Below the pieces are notes generated by a model. The model saw only the letters and a list, made by a program, of their open reading frames with translations. It made no database searches and was not told where the DNA came from. A DNA stretch of 64,000 nt. Origin: Raillietiella orientalis. Lineage: Eukaryota. Numbering within the stretch: position 1 is the stretch's first letter; every line of letters begins with the position of its first letter. Below are positions 24,481-36,443 of the stretch, in pieces. Made by a program: the position numbers and the translations under genes. The stretch covers positions 434,001 through 498,000 of the forward strand of contig JAYWIR010000047.1 of the NCBI GenBank assembly GCA_036172245.1. Reading direction: 5' to 3'.

Positions 24481-27400
24481 CGCAGACCCCTGTCCCGCAT
24501 AATTTGGATGCTTCGGCGAGCAGGCACGGCGCGTTGGCACGAACGTCCAGGAGGCAGACGAAAGTATTCGGGTTCGAACCGAGCGGTGGACCGTCCGGCA
24601 CCCTACCTTCCCCGCTCCAGCCCCAGCGCGCACGCGCGGGTGCACCGCACATGCTCCAGGGTGCGCTCTCGAGTGCCCATCGCGGAGCAGCTTCCCACCA
24701 GCAGGGCACGGGAGGCTAGACAGGTTCGAGGGAGCGATGGGAGCTGGAGAGAATCCCTCATTCCTCGCGCCCGTCTCCGGATGTCCTTTCGATGATGCGA
24801 TGGCATCCCGGTTTTTCGAGTGGTTTCCCGGGGGAAGGGGGAGGAGGAGGGTCAGCAGAATTCTCGCGTTCCTCCTGGAGGGCGTATGACGGGACCACTC
24901 CGACTCGTGCGCGAGCGCAAGACCTTTTCGTCTTCCATCTGTCGTCCGCCTCCACCTCCTCCTTTTCTTACTGCTTGGAGATTTCGCAAGCCGCCCACCC
25001 TTTCTTCGGCGAGGAGCCACCGGTCGCGCGGTGACGACGTGCTTTCTTTCAGGTGCTCCGATTCCTCCGACGTCCAGGGTTTGCACAATCGCTCCGCGGC
25101 GGAGCCAGCAGCATGTCGTCGGGGCGCGCGCTCTCGTCTCTCTCCACGCGCGCGGACGTGCGGGAGACCGGGTGGGTTTCCATGGAGATCGGTCGGAACT
25201 CAGAGAGCAGAAAAAAAAGAAGGAAAGAAAAGAAAAGAAAGCAAGGAGAGGGAACAGCACTGGGGCAGCTTCCGGTCCCGGAGCGGTGCAATAACGCGCG
25301 TCCTGCAGGTTCGCGCGCGCGTAGCTGACGCACAGTTCATCATGTGGTGACGCCACGTTCCTCCTCCCGCCCTTTCGAACGTCCAGCCCTGGCGGAATCC
25401 CGTAGGGGGCGGCGGCGGCGGCGGTTCTTGCAGCAAGGAGGGAGCGTTACCGCGTTGGATTTCGCAGGGGGTGAGGTCGCTGTGGTCGCCGCCCAGGGAA
25501 CGGCATTTGCCGAGCGGATGCCTCGGCCGAGGTTCTTGGGTTCCGAGTTTCTCCTGCAATGGCATTCGAGCGTGTTGCCGGTGGTCATCAGTCGGAGGCC
25601 CCCGATGAAGGCCGGAACAATGGGAGTCGACCTTCGGGTCCTTCCAGGAATCAAGGAGTGGGGAGTTCTCCCTCCTGTCGTGCAACGGAGAGCGAACTCC
25701 CCATACCGGGGAGACCCCTCCGGTTTCAAGATGGAGCAGGAGCCTGCACAGGCACCTCTCCAGTTGTCCCTCCAGCCTCCTCCGGGAACCACCTCTCCAG
25801 ACCGGGAGGAGGAAAACGCCTCCCGGTCTCCATACGGCGGGGAAAGGAGAAGACGCGGAGGGACGCATGCTCCCGTCACCCCGTGTCAACAGGAGCGCGA
25901 CCCTGCTGCCGAGGACGGGGAGCGGGAAAAGACGTAGAGCGCCGTCGCCGCGGTTTCCGGAGCAACCGAAGCATCGTCTTCGGCTCGAAACCGCGGGGCG
26001 CCGCCAACGTCCCCCTGGAGCCGCCGCGCGGGAAAGAACCAGATCTACTCACGGAGTATTCCAGGGAGCGGGAAGACGCCTGAGGAGACGTGGAGCTGCA
26101 GTCTTGCCGGACCGCGGAGGAAGCGGAGGAGGAACCCTTTGGAGAGCGAGCGGCGTCTCAGGAGCCCAGCGCCGCGGAGCCGGAATCCGGGCCGGCGTCT
26201 CCGGCGAGAGGCTTTTGAGACGGCAGGCGCAAGATCTGCTGGCGGCCTTGATCGGAGGCGAAATTTCCCCGGCATCCTCTCGGAGAGGCTCGCGGTCTCG
26301 GCCGTTTCACAACGCTGGCGACAGCGCGCACGCGGGCTCCAGAAACCGATGCGCAGCTTCCTCCACCCCCCCCCCCCCTCCCCTTCTCCTCCTCCACCTC
26401 CGCATCTCCGATCGCTCGCATCGCTCTCAGGGGACGCAGTGGAAAGGAAGGAGGGGGGGGGAAGGGGGAAAGAGAAGTCGGGCGGCTCTCTCGCACGCTC
26501 ACCGCGCGGGTGCGAAAGGGTTTGCGGCCCGCCCGGAGGTGTCGGACAAGTCCAACGCGGAGGAGGCCTCTGCCGCCGCGGTCAGCACGCACGCCGGACT
26601 GTGCGCGGCGCGGATGGCGCAAGGCCGACGAGTCGCACCCGGAGGGAGGGGCCCACATCTCCGCCTGCAGCCCTTCCTCCCTCGCCGATCAAAGGGAAGC
26701 GCACACGGCCGCCCGCCGCTGCTGCGCGGGTCTCGTTCAGGGGCGAAAAGTTCGCCTACGGGATGCTGCCGTCAAGGAGATTCCCTTGACTCTTCTCCTC
26801 CTAACCCCTCCCCATTCCTCCTCCCCGCCTCGCCAACGGCGGCGCCTCTCCTCGTCGGCATCCGCACGGGAGGTTGGAGATCCCTCTCAGCCGGCGGGGG
26901 CGGAAGGTCTCGATCGGATGCTCCAGGAACGGTCTTCCCGCACGCCAGGCGTCGACTGGGAAGCCCGAAACCTTAAAGTTCCTAGAAGAGGCATCCCTAA
27001 AAACAGAATGTGGAGGGGGGGAGGGGGGGAGATGGACGTCTTGCCCGGACGCCGCGGACGCGCAGCCTCCCTCTCTAAAAGGAGCGCAGCGCGACCTTGC
27101 GGCGCGAACAGATGCCGGCGGGGGCTCTCGTCTCCCGGCGCGAAGGGGGCACGCCAGCTCCTTCTTCCCCCCCCCCCTCCGCGCCCCTCCTAGCTTCAAA
27201 GGGCATCCTCGAGGCGTTGCGCGCTCCTCCCCCTCCCTCCGACACGCATCCACGGTGACGTCTCCGTTCTCGCCTGAAGCCGGAAGGCCAAGGAGGGTCG
27301 CTGCGAGGCGCTGCTGACCAGAATCCTCCCCGGCAGCGCGAGGTGCCGGAGGCAAGAAGAATGACATGTTTGGGTCGGGGGATTATGGGGTGATAGGGGT

Positions 27401-27920
27401 GCAGAGAGGGGGTGAGGAACCGGAAAAGAGGGGCGGCAGCTGGCGGAACCAGGCATGGAGGGGCGCTTGTAGCCCTTCCTCTCGCGGGTCGAGCGCACTT
27501 CGCCACGCCGTGGTGGAAAAGAGGGAGGGGGGAGGGAAAGAGAAGATGGACCGCTCCTGGGGCCAGTGGGGGACGCAGCGGCTGCGCATTGCAGCAACGC
27601 GCTCGAGAGCACCATCGCCAGGTATCTTCCGAGCCTCCCGACGCAGAGTGGCGTCCCACGCCCGTGTGAGCCGCGCGGGGAGACGCCTCCCGTCCGCCGC
27701 CAAGACACAGCTGGCGCACGCCCCGAGGCCATTCGATCCGTCCCTCCCCTGCCGGACCAAGCGAAACTGCTCCGGAGGGACCCTTTGAGCTTCTACCGAC
27801 ACCGACAGGACTCTTTTCCGGGATTCCCCCTGCTGGGGGACGTACCTACACGGCCTCCAGAGGGAGGAATACTGTCCAAGCCGCCTTAGGGTGCGTGTGA
27901 CTTTTGGAGTCATAGATTTA

Positions 27921-29900
27921 TCACCCAGTCACTCCGGGACGTTTATTATGAAAAAATAAACATACATGTGTAGGGCTATCGACCCTGCATTGTCTGAAAA
28001 TGCTAGGAACCTGCCGAGTGACCGGCACGCAGACCGGCGTGGTTCGCCTCCGCAGCGGAGGAAGAGGGAAGGGCAAATAGAAATAAATTAAAACAAAAAA
28101 GACTATACATACCAAAAAATGGGATGGTTAGGGAAGGGATCGCTGTCCTTAGGAGAGCGTCCTCTGCATTCTTTTCTAGATGCCGGCAAGTTCCATCCGA
28201 GTATGCTCCAGGTGGGGCCATCTTGCTGCCGTCCGCAGGAAGCGAAGGGCGAAGGGCAGATGGCGTCCCTATCGCGCCGTCCTCCACTCGCGTAGATCCA
28301 GACCGCCACATTCCCACGTAGGCAGCAAAGAGCTGCTGGGGATGCGTCGGGCAAAAGGGCATCGTGTACGAAGAGGCGCCTCTGGCATTGTCCGTGGGTG
28401 CACCAAGGGGCGTTGCGTAAGGCAACCACAGGGGCCGGAGGGCGACACGGTCTACGAGCAGGTGCGGGAGCTGGGATTTCCGTTGCCCGCACCTGAAGCA
28501 GTTTGGGTCCATTGTGCCCCGAGTCCAGTGAGAGCGGCGGGCGTTGCACGGGAGACCCCAGTGCAACAGCAGAAGTGCCGACTTCGGCCACTTCAGGGGG
28601 AGGATCCGGTTGTTCTACAGCTCTGTGGGCCACTCGAGGTCTTCCTGTAGGTTTCCCAGCAGCTCACTCCAGCGCAATGGTCCCTTCGGTGAGGTGCTTG
28701 GGGTCACAGAGTTTTCGTGAGCTGGCCTTTGGTCCAGCCACCCTCGTCTTATGACTGATTTCGCAAGTGACCTCCCTTCGGGGTATAGGCGGCCATCCCG
28801 GAGGAATCATCCTATGGATCTAGGAAGGCTCCGGAGGAAAGAATCCTCTTCTCTTACTGTTGGGAGAAAACCATGAAGGGAACCATCTCTTTCTTATTCC
28901 ATCCGGAGAGACCCCATGGATGGGACCACTCCATTGTTTTTCTTCCCCTAACAGAATCCGGAGAGGATCCGCTCCTTGTTGTCTCCTCTGAAGAGAATCC
29001 CGAAGGGACGCTTTCCATTTTCTCCGAGGGGCGCCCCCTGGAGGGAGCAGAGCGCTTCTGACGCGCTGGAGAGGCGACCCGAGGGGGGCATCATTCAGTT
29101 TCATGGTCGTCCCCCGAGGGGGAGATGGTTCGATTTTCGCATCCGGAGGGAAACCCCGAAGGGCTTCTTGATTCCCGCAAGGACTCCGGAAGGTCCACTT
29201 TCCAATCTCAGCCAGTCCACGGGAGCATCCGGCTTCCACCGGTGCCGCACCCGAAGCCCGTGGGCCAGCTGGGGCCACCCTGCGAGTTGGGGTGGAAGGA
29301 GGACTTGAAATCCACACGATGCACACCCCATTTCTCGATGCCGATGTTCCACGTGGGGGTTCGAACCCGCGACGCTCGGTGCCATTTTGGCAGAGGCCGT
29401 AGCCACGCGGGCGCAACGCACGTGAACTTCCCCTTCTCGTCCTTCCCACTCTCGAGTCTGGAGGCACGAGGCGTCTCGCTTCCCGCGGGCCGCTCCAAGC
29501 TCCGCAGCAAGGGGATGCGCGCTCTCCCGAACTGGTTCGAGAACCGGGAGACTTTCTTGTGAGGTAGGGGGCATGGAAACCTGCCGGTCTTGCTGGCGCT
29601 CAACCCTCCTCCTCGGGACGCTTAGCAAGCGGCCAGGGCTCTCCGCCTTTGAGCACGCGCGAAGCCTGTGAGACGCGGTATCCCCCTATGGCGCGTCGCG
29701 AGCCGCGGATGCTGGCGCTGCTCCGGACACCCAGGAGCTTCCTTTGGGAAGGTCCTCCCCTTCCGGAGCCGCGAGGTTCTGGAGCAAAGCCGCGAAGAGT
29801 TGGCGTCCCGCAGTCCTGAGCAGGCCGGGCATCGGTGTGCGCCGGCTACTGCATCTTTCCGTGACTCCGAGCGAACCCAGGTGAAACAGGGTCAGGTGCA
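27921..29900 (-). mobile_element. L1/Tx1-type LINE, 3' part (local family A)
   Basis: ORF 28003-28566 reads HWGLPCNARRSHWTRGTMDPNCFRCGQRKSQLPHLLVD..LRPLW (zf-RVT-like C-x2-C...H), followed by a 3' UTR shared with other copies, AATAAA (27942-27947) and a terminal hairpin. Confidence 0.7.
28810..29413 (-). mobile_element. tRNA-derived SINE-like element, copy 1
   Basis: Minus-strand head GCCCGCGTGGCTACGG...GCGGGTTCGAACCCCCACGTGG (A-box-like plus B-box). The body aligns by eye with the copies at 31144 and 39477. Confidence 0.7.
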
Positions 29901-29904
29901 GAAG

Positions 29905-30013
29905 CTCTCCTCTTTCCTCTTCCTCTCTCTCCTCCTTCTCTTTTTTCTCTCTTCCTCCTCGTTTCTCCTCCTCCCTGAATCATCCTCATCCTCTTCTTCC
30001 TCCTCCTCCTCCC
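29905..30013 (+). repeat. Polypyrimidine (TCC/CT) low-complexity tract
   Basis: Directly visible C/T-rich run. Confidence 0.75.
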
Positions 30014-30329
30014 TGGAGTAGCTTAGTCGCCTGTCCGTGCCCTACCAACTCTGTTCGGTGAGGCCGCTTCCTTCTGGGACGCTCAGTCAGCTGGCCCCTC
30101 GCACGCCGCAGAATGAGATCGACCCGCCTCTCGTTCGGAGCGATCTCACCGAGAGCTCTGGCATGTCATCTGCTGCGAAGAATCAGTTCGGCTTCAAAAA
30201 TCCGCAAGGACGGAATGGAGTTACTGTTGCATGCGTCTTCGGGCCTGTTCCCTGCAGCGAAGTGACAGATGTCTTCCTCCGTCCGGGGCTCAAAAGCGTT
30301 GCCCTCAGGCATTTTGACCTCTTCAGTGA

Positions 30330-33300
30330 TTGCGAACACGACCTTTTCTCTGGTCTCGTGTGACCACCAGCTCCTGCGCGAATCCCGTGTGTGAGCGAGG
30401 AGCCTATCGCGAGGAGTCCAGATCGAGAGCGGAAGCTACTCATCTTTGTGAACCTCACGGAGAATGTCAGCAGCTGGAGGTCACACGAGCACAGCTCATC
30501 CTCTGGGAGGGAAGAGCGCTTTGGTCTTGGAGCAAGCGGTCGGTCGTCTGGCGCACCTGAAATTCGCGAATCGGTACCGAGCTGGGAGTGCCAAGTACAT
30601 CCGGCAATGTCGAACTTCGGGACTCCGCCCGACTCCAGCACATCTTGGGGACACCGGCACCTTGAGGCATCCCCTTCGAGGAGTTCATCTGGAGCGTCAT
30701 CATCCCAGGTGGCCACTGTCCAAGGGCAAGGCAGGAGTCCTTGCGGGGAGTGCCCTAGGTGGCAACGGCCTGCCAGTCAAGGAGTCCGGTGCTTCGGCGC
30801 CCAGCAGTCGCTGCGCAGCGAGCACGACTGCCGTTGAAGTGCCGTAGGAGACGTGCAGGATCTGGACCCACAGGAGCCGCAGGAGGGCAGCCGTTTCGAG
30901 GTTTCCCTAAAAAGGAAAACCGAGATGCGTGCAGCGCTCGGAGGACGGAAGGGGAAAGCGTGGTGCGTTCCGTGCAGCCCGAGGAGTGTCGGTCTTGAGC
31001 TATCGGAGTAAAGAAGAGAGCGCCCCTGAAGCGCATCCCGCTCCTGCTCCTTCTCTCCTACCATCGCGGCTGCGAGGACTTCAGTAGAATGCACTCCACA
31101 GATTTTTCATGTCGTTGCAGGTCTTGGAAAAGTCCTGACTGACGACCGCGTGGCTGAGGAGACTCCTCGCGTGCCACCGACAGTCGCGGGTTCGAATCCC
31201 CACGTGGGGGATCGGCGCCGAGAAATAGGGTGAGGGTGTGCTGTATGGGCTTGCAAGTCCCCTCCTCAGGACGACTCTGGTTGGCCTACTCGGGTGCGGC
31301 ACTGGTAAAAATCGGAAACCTCCAGGGAGTGGTCCTCCGGGGTCCCTCCAGGATTCAAAGATCCGGTTCCCTTTGGAGTTCCCCTCCAGTTGTGAAAATA
31401 GATCCTCTTTACCCACTTGGGAGGGTGGGGGTGGATTCTCCACTGTGTACCATGGAACTGGTGGATCGATGCCTCTCCAGAGAGTGAAGAAGCCTTGCTC
31501 CCTTCGGGGAGCAGACCCTTCAGAGAAATTGGGGAACATCCCTTCGGAGTTCTCTTCGGAGGAGTAACAAGAAGCGGTTCCTTAGCGGATTCCTTCTGGA
31601 GAAGAAATTCCAGGAGCAGATCCTTTTCAGGATCCTTTCGGAGAACCAGGGTGAGTTTCCCTCCGGGGTTCCCACTCAGGGGTGAGAAAAAAGGACTCTT
31701 TCCTCCGAATCCTTCCTCGGCTCACAGGGTGTCCCTCTGGATTTTCCCCCTACAGCCTGAAGAGTTGACACACACTTTCGAATGGCGTGGGCGGTGTCAA
31801 AGAGCTGCGTGGCATGAGGAGGCGAACGACACTTCAGTACTTGGTGAACCCCTCAGAAAAAAGCTGGAAGGATTGCCATCATCAAAGAAGGCCTCTGTGA
31901 CTTTCCGCCTCCGTCCCCTGCTTTTTGTTTGCCTCTCTCCACCTGACGTCAAGAGAAGGATGGAGGACCTCCTGAGAAAAGCCCTGAGGTGCACAGGGAG
32001 GTCCAGAGTCCGCGTGCTCCGCGTAAGGATGGCGGACTGGGCCTCCTTGGGCTGGAGAGGATGGAGTGTCAGCTCCAACTCAGAAGACTCGCCCTCGCAA
32101 CGAGATGATGGACCACGCCCTCGTGTCCATCAGCGCGGCTCCTCGAAAAGAGCTCAACCGTCTGCGAGGAACTCGCGCCCCTCCTCGTTGCTGAGGAGTT
32201 GCAGATACCAACTCCGCCAGATGGCTGCCCTGATGGAGGAGGACACCTGGATCTCTTGCCTCCCCGCGAACTGCACTGCCTGGCTCCAGGAGTGAGTCTT
32301 CGCCTAGGGAAATATCCATGGCGCGAGCGAGACGGAGTGCGACTGCCTGCAGCGAGGCATCGACGCTCGCAAGTCGCTGGAGGAGATCGTCCGCAACCGG
32401 TTCAAGATGCAGTGGACCTCGTCTATCTCTTCTCCCTGTCCCAGTGCCACTCTTCCCGAGGGACGCACGGGGCAGCGTAATGTCGGCGAGGTGGGAAGCG
32501 ACACGCTGCATGGCAGCGAAGAAGAAACCATTGAAGGCGTGGACAACCTCGGGAAGTGACGGACGCTGCGACCCCGAGTGCTCCACTCCAAGGACTTCTA
32601 CGCTAAGGAGAGCTGCTCGCGATCCCTCCGGAGGAGGAGAAGTGGCCCCCAGCGTGCTGGAACGGTGGCGCCGTTGTCCTCAAGTGGCGGGAGTTGGCGT
32701 TGTTGTTATTGCATGGGGGAATCCCATGCAAAGCGCGCCTTCACCACTGGACACGGGGAAGCGTGGACGCTCAGAGTGCAGGAAGAAGGTGCGGAAAGAG
32801 GGATACCCTCCCGCACCTGCTGTTAGACTGTGCTGCCCTCCGACCCCTTGGGATCGCCTCGCGACGATCCCCAGGGACCTCTTCAGACGCCTCTTCGTGC
32901 GCAGTGCCGCTCTGCAGCCAGCCGCGTCCCTCGCAGTGCTCTGCTGTGTTCGCGAGATCATGGCGGCCTGGAACGCCAGGAGAAGAGGCCAAAATACCAG
33001 GAACGCCATCCACTGGACGCGGATCTTCCTGAAGACCGCCAAGAAATGGCGCCAGCTGGGTTACATCAGAACACAAGTTGTCAGCATCCTGTGCAGGATT
33101 CAGGGGACTCCTGGAAGCGTACAATGATCCCTTTCTGGTTTCCTCATCCCCTTCCCGTGTGTAAATTTCCTCCCCTGTTTTGTTTGTTTATTTGGTTTAT
33201 GTGTTTTGTTTTCCCTTCCCCCACGCTGCAGAAGCGGACCTCGCCGGTCTGCGCACCACTCTTCGGTAGGTTCATTGAGCGTGAAAGAAGCAAGGGTTCA

Positions 33301-33392
33301 ACCACACCGATGTATTCTCATTATTTTATATAATATATATAATTATTATCATTATTTTATATAATAAATGCTGCTCCGGCATAACCGGGTGA
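30330..33392 (+). mobile_element. Internally deleted L1/Tx1-type LINE (local family A) with nested SINE
   Basis: ORF1-like segment with a degenerate knuckle (VRCFG...HDC, about 30780-30835), the ORF2 motif RKDGGLGLL (about 32020), zf-RVT-like LHGGIPCKARLHHWTRGSVDAQ...CGKRDTLPHLLLDCAALRPL and WNARR (32700-32985), then shared 3' UTR, AATAAA at 33363-33368 and terminal hairpin. Confidence 0.7.
31144..31830 (+). mobile_element. tRNA-derived SINE-like element, copy 2
   Basis: GACCGCGTGGCTGAGG...GCGGGTTCGAATCCCCACGTGG (B-box 31189-31200), followed by about 600 bp homologous to the other two copies. Confidence 0.7.
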
Positions 33393-34099
33393 TGATCATC
33401 AAGAAACGCTTTTCTTTTCAGGTATCGTTTCATCCATGTATTTCTTTTCTTTTCCTCAAGATTCGTGCTCCACGTTTCTCGTGCATCTCCTGTTCTCTGC
33501 CACTCCGGATGGAAAACCTGACTTTACTCATCTTGCAGCCGACCAGCCTGGTCGACTCGAAGATTCTTCTCCGCCTGCGATTCTCTCAAACCGTGAAGTC
33601 GTGTCCTCTCTCTCTCTTCCGCCATCTCCTGCAAGCTGTTTAGGAAAGCCGTTGAATCTCCTCCTGCATGTACCGCGTTGGTTTTCTTTTCCTTTTCCGA
33701 ATTTCTTGTTGATTTTCGCAACCGGATGCACGCGAGACTTCTGAGGCATTCGAAACGGCGCACCTCGGACCTCGACACTGCAATCGCCGAAACACGATTG
33801 CAGCAAAGCGTGCATGGAGTGCACTCGATTACGGATGGGTATGGACCAGAAACGAGATGAGGCAGAAAGAATACAACACTCGAAGTACGCAGAGCACCCA
33901 CAGTCCCATTTGGAATTCACCGTTCGAGTGTTTGCTGAATCATCGACAGTTCTGTGCATACGATGCTGACGGATGAGGGCGCCAAATGGAGATGTTTGGA
34001 TTTTTCTTTTGTTTCTGCCCCTTCGTTTCAAGCTGTTTTTCGGGTTATCCCTTCCCAAGTTATCTGTATAAGACTTTTTTTTTTTTTTAAATCCCGTTT

Positions 34100-34600
34100 T
34101 GCAACTCTCTGTTCTGGCAAGAGAGCATGGCTTGGTGGTATCCGAGCGCTTATGAATCTCATCAGATATTTCTTCCGAGTAACTGTCTGCCGATTGGAGG
34201 CGTCGGAGCCGATTTGCTAATCGCGGCTTTTACCTTGCGTTGTGGAACGGAACGTTCAATTAAAGATCACAGCAGAAACCTCGAAAGCGTTCCGTGCCGA
34301 TACTGACGAGCATTTGGTTACGCGGTTTTGAAGACCCGAGAGGGAGCGTTTGGTTCTGATCACCAACGGCTTCAAGTAGCATCGCACTTGAAATCGTGCA
34401 GCCAAGAGATTCTATTGCATCCGCCTCTCTGTCATTGGGATCACTTCTGGAAACTGCACGCCTGCGCTGTTTTCTCCGAACGTGGACTCCGGCACGGTCG
34501 TCCGGAACCCGGGTTTCGGACTGATCTTTGCGTTTTGTGCCACGAAGAGGTGCACTTTGGCTCTCTGCTGTACCGAATGGAAACGGGATGATCGCCATCA
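34100..34600 (+). mobile_element. L1-clade endonuclease-domain fragment
   Basis: GSDHQRL...HFWKLHA matches the SDH...WKLN signature at the end of the APE-like endonuclease of L1-clade ORF2. Confidence 0.5.
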
Positions 34601-34915
34601 CGTTTCGCGATGACAGTGAACACGAACTTTCCAAATAAAATTTCTTTTCTTCCTTTTCGTCCTCTTCACATTAGAGGACGATTGGTCCTTTTAATGTTTA
34701 AAGGATTTTTTTTTTCTTCTTTGAAACGAAAAAAAAAAACAAAACAAAACAAAATAAGGATGCCATCCAGGATAAACTCTTGCGATAGACAAATGCATAT
34801 CTGCTTCTACTTTGTATACGAGAGGGTTCTAGAGAAAGCAATTCAAAGTCAAAAGATACGGGGGCGGCGTCAAAATCCTCAGGCCCATTCCGACACGTGA
34901 AAACGACATGACGAA

Positions 34916-36276
34916 TTAGCAGGGCCGGTAGGTGACTGCCGGAGAATTCCTGCAGGTGAGCACGCTATTTAAGCTGACGGTCCCTGTGAACGACGTCGAC
35001 ACGACTGTCTGGAATATGGTTTCGGTCACGGTGGCTCTTGCGCATCCGAGCTGCCTGGGCTTGCGGTGGTGGACCGTTCGGGTGTGAGGATCTTGGGACA
35101 CCGGGCTGGGCTGCAAATCATGGTGACCAAGAGAATCGTTAAAATCCGGAGCAACCGGGGCGGAAGACGGAAATGGTTCTTCGCCTGCTTGCTCGGACTC
35201 CAGCAGAAAGCCTTCTGGACTCCGGGTCGCGCCATTGCTGTGTCACGCTGCTGTGAGCACGGGACCATACAGACAGTATCACAGACCTCCGCTTCCGTCT
35301 GCCAAACGTGCACATGGCAGGAAGAGCCAGGTTCAGGAGGCATGTGGTGAGTGTGGTGACGAAACTTGTCACTGTGCTGATTCGGAACACAGTATCCAGG
35401 ATGGTTCCTTCAGGAAGGAATAGCCTCGGAGAAAATTTTTCTTTCCTCTCTGAGAAACTCACAAATCATTAGTGCCTTCAGAAATATGATGGAAATATAA
35501 TTTTACATAATTTTCTTGTGTGGTTCGGAAATTGAAAGGAAAGAAGTAGGGGTAACCTTGGACATTGGGATTTTCTTTCGATCCCATTACCGAATTGAAT
35601 GCATCGTGGATCTCTTCTTACTGGTTTAAAACTCGCATCAGTAACATCAGTGAATAAATGACGATAATCACGGCATGTATGGGTGAACGGATAAAAGAAA
35701 TTGCTGAAATGGTTTGAATCGCGGCTCGAAAGCATCTCAGTTCGGCTTCGGTTCGTCAGATGGCACCGCGCGTCTTCCTGGCTCGAAGATATGGCTGCCT
35801 GAAGAGATGGACGGTTGCGAAACGACGATGGCTGTCAAAGAAAACGCAGCGCTACGCCTCTGGGAACAAATCCCTGCGCCTCCTTCCACAGCACCGTTTG
35901 GAAGATTTTTTTGATTAGCGACTTATCTAATAAGTCATTACGATAAGTGCGTCCGATGAAGGGCTTATTTAGAATTATCGAACTAGCATTAGATCGTGAA
36001 AGGCCAACGCAGAGTCGCGGAAGAACTGATCCGTGATGCGTGAAAGGAACATGTGTTGTAAAGCTGGGAAAATTCCCCACGGGGACGTGCCCGTCAAAGG
36101 AGGATGCTTCTTTCATCTTCCGTTTCTTCGCGTGGATTCGAAACGGCAGAACGTCCCCGCGTTTTTGCACCGATAACGTTCCAGACTTGCTTACCCGAAC
36201 TGAGTGACGGCTGCAACTCAGAAGACGAAACCACATTCAGAGACACCAAGGCTAATGCTATTGCAAATGCTTGCAT
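34916..36276 (-). CDS. Small secreted Thr-rich, Cys-containing protein with a basic cleavage site; exons 36276-36195, 35449-35271, 35110-34916 (151 aa)
   Basis: Spliced: MQAFAIALALVSLNVVSSSELQPSLSSERKEKFSPRLFLPEGTILDTVFRISTVTSFVTTLTTCLLNLALPAMCTFGRRKRRSVILSPSPVSQDPHTRTVHHRKPRQLGCARATVTETIFQTVVSTSFTGTVSLNSVLTCRNSPAVTYRPC*. Donors GTAAGC and GTATGG; acceptors CACTAAT...TTCTCAG and TTTGCAG; phases 1 and 0 are consistent; hydrophobic N-terminus. An alternative upstream in-frame ATG lies at 36303. Confidence 0.72.
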
Positions 36277-36443
36277 TGTGCAGACCCAGGGCGCAGCTTG
36301 CATACAACCATAAAATTCGAATTCCTTCCCCGTCTCTCTCTGCAAGGATCTAGTCTGAAACAGGAGGAAAGAGCAGGCAGCATGAAGTTTCGTCTCCCAA
36401 GCAGGAAGTCTTATCAATTGATGCATCCATCCCACAGGCTTAA

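Noticed and set aside
24427..27913. Many long overlapping ORFs (up to 369 aa)
   Set aside because: Very GC-rich sequence with few stops in any frame and low-complexity translations; only weak LINE C-terminal traces.
29350..29413. GGTTCGAACCC/GGTTCGAATCCC motifs as real tRNA genes (also 31189 and 39428)
   Set aside because: No complete cloverleaf with D-arm, anticodon arm and acceptor stem; each continues into a shared long body, so they are SINE heads.
31750..31790. CTGAAGA...GAAT as a hammerhead ribozyme core
   Set aside because: GAAA is absent, stems I-III cannot be formed convincingly and the core is not intact in the other copies.
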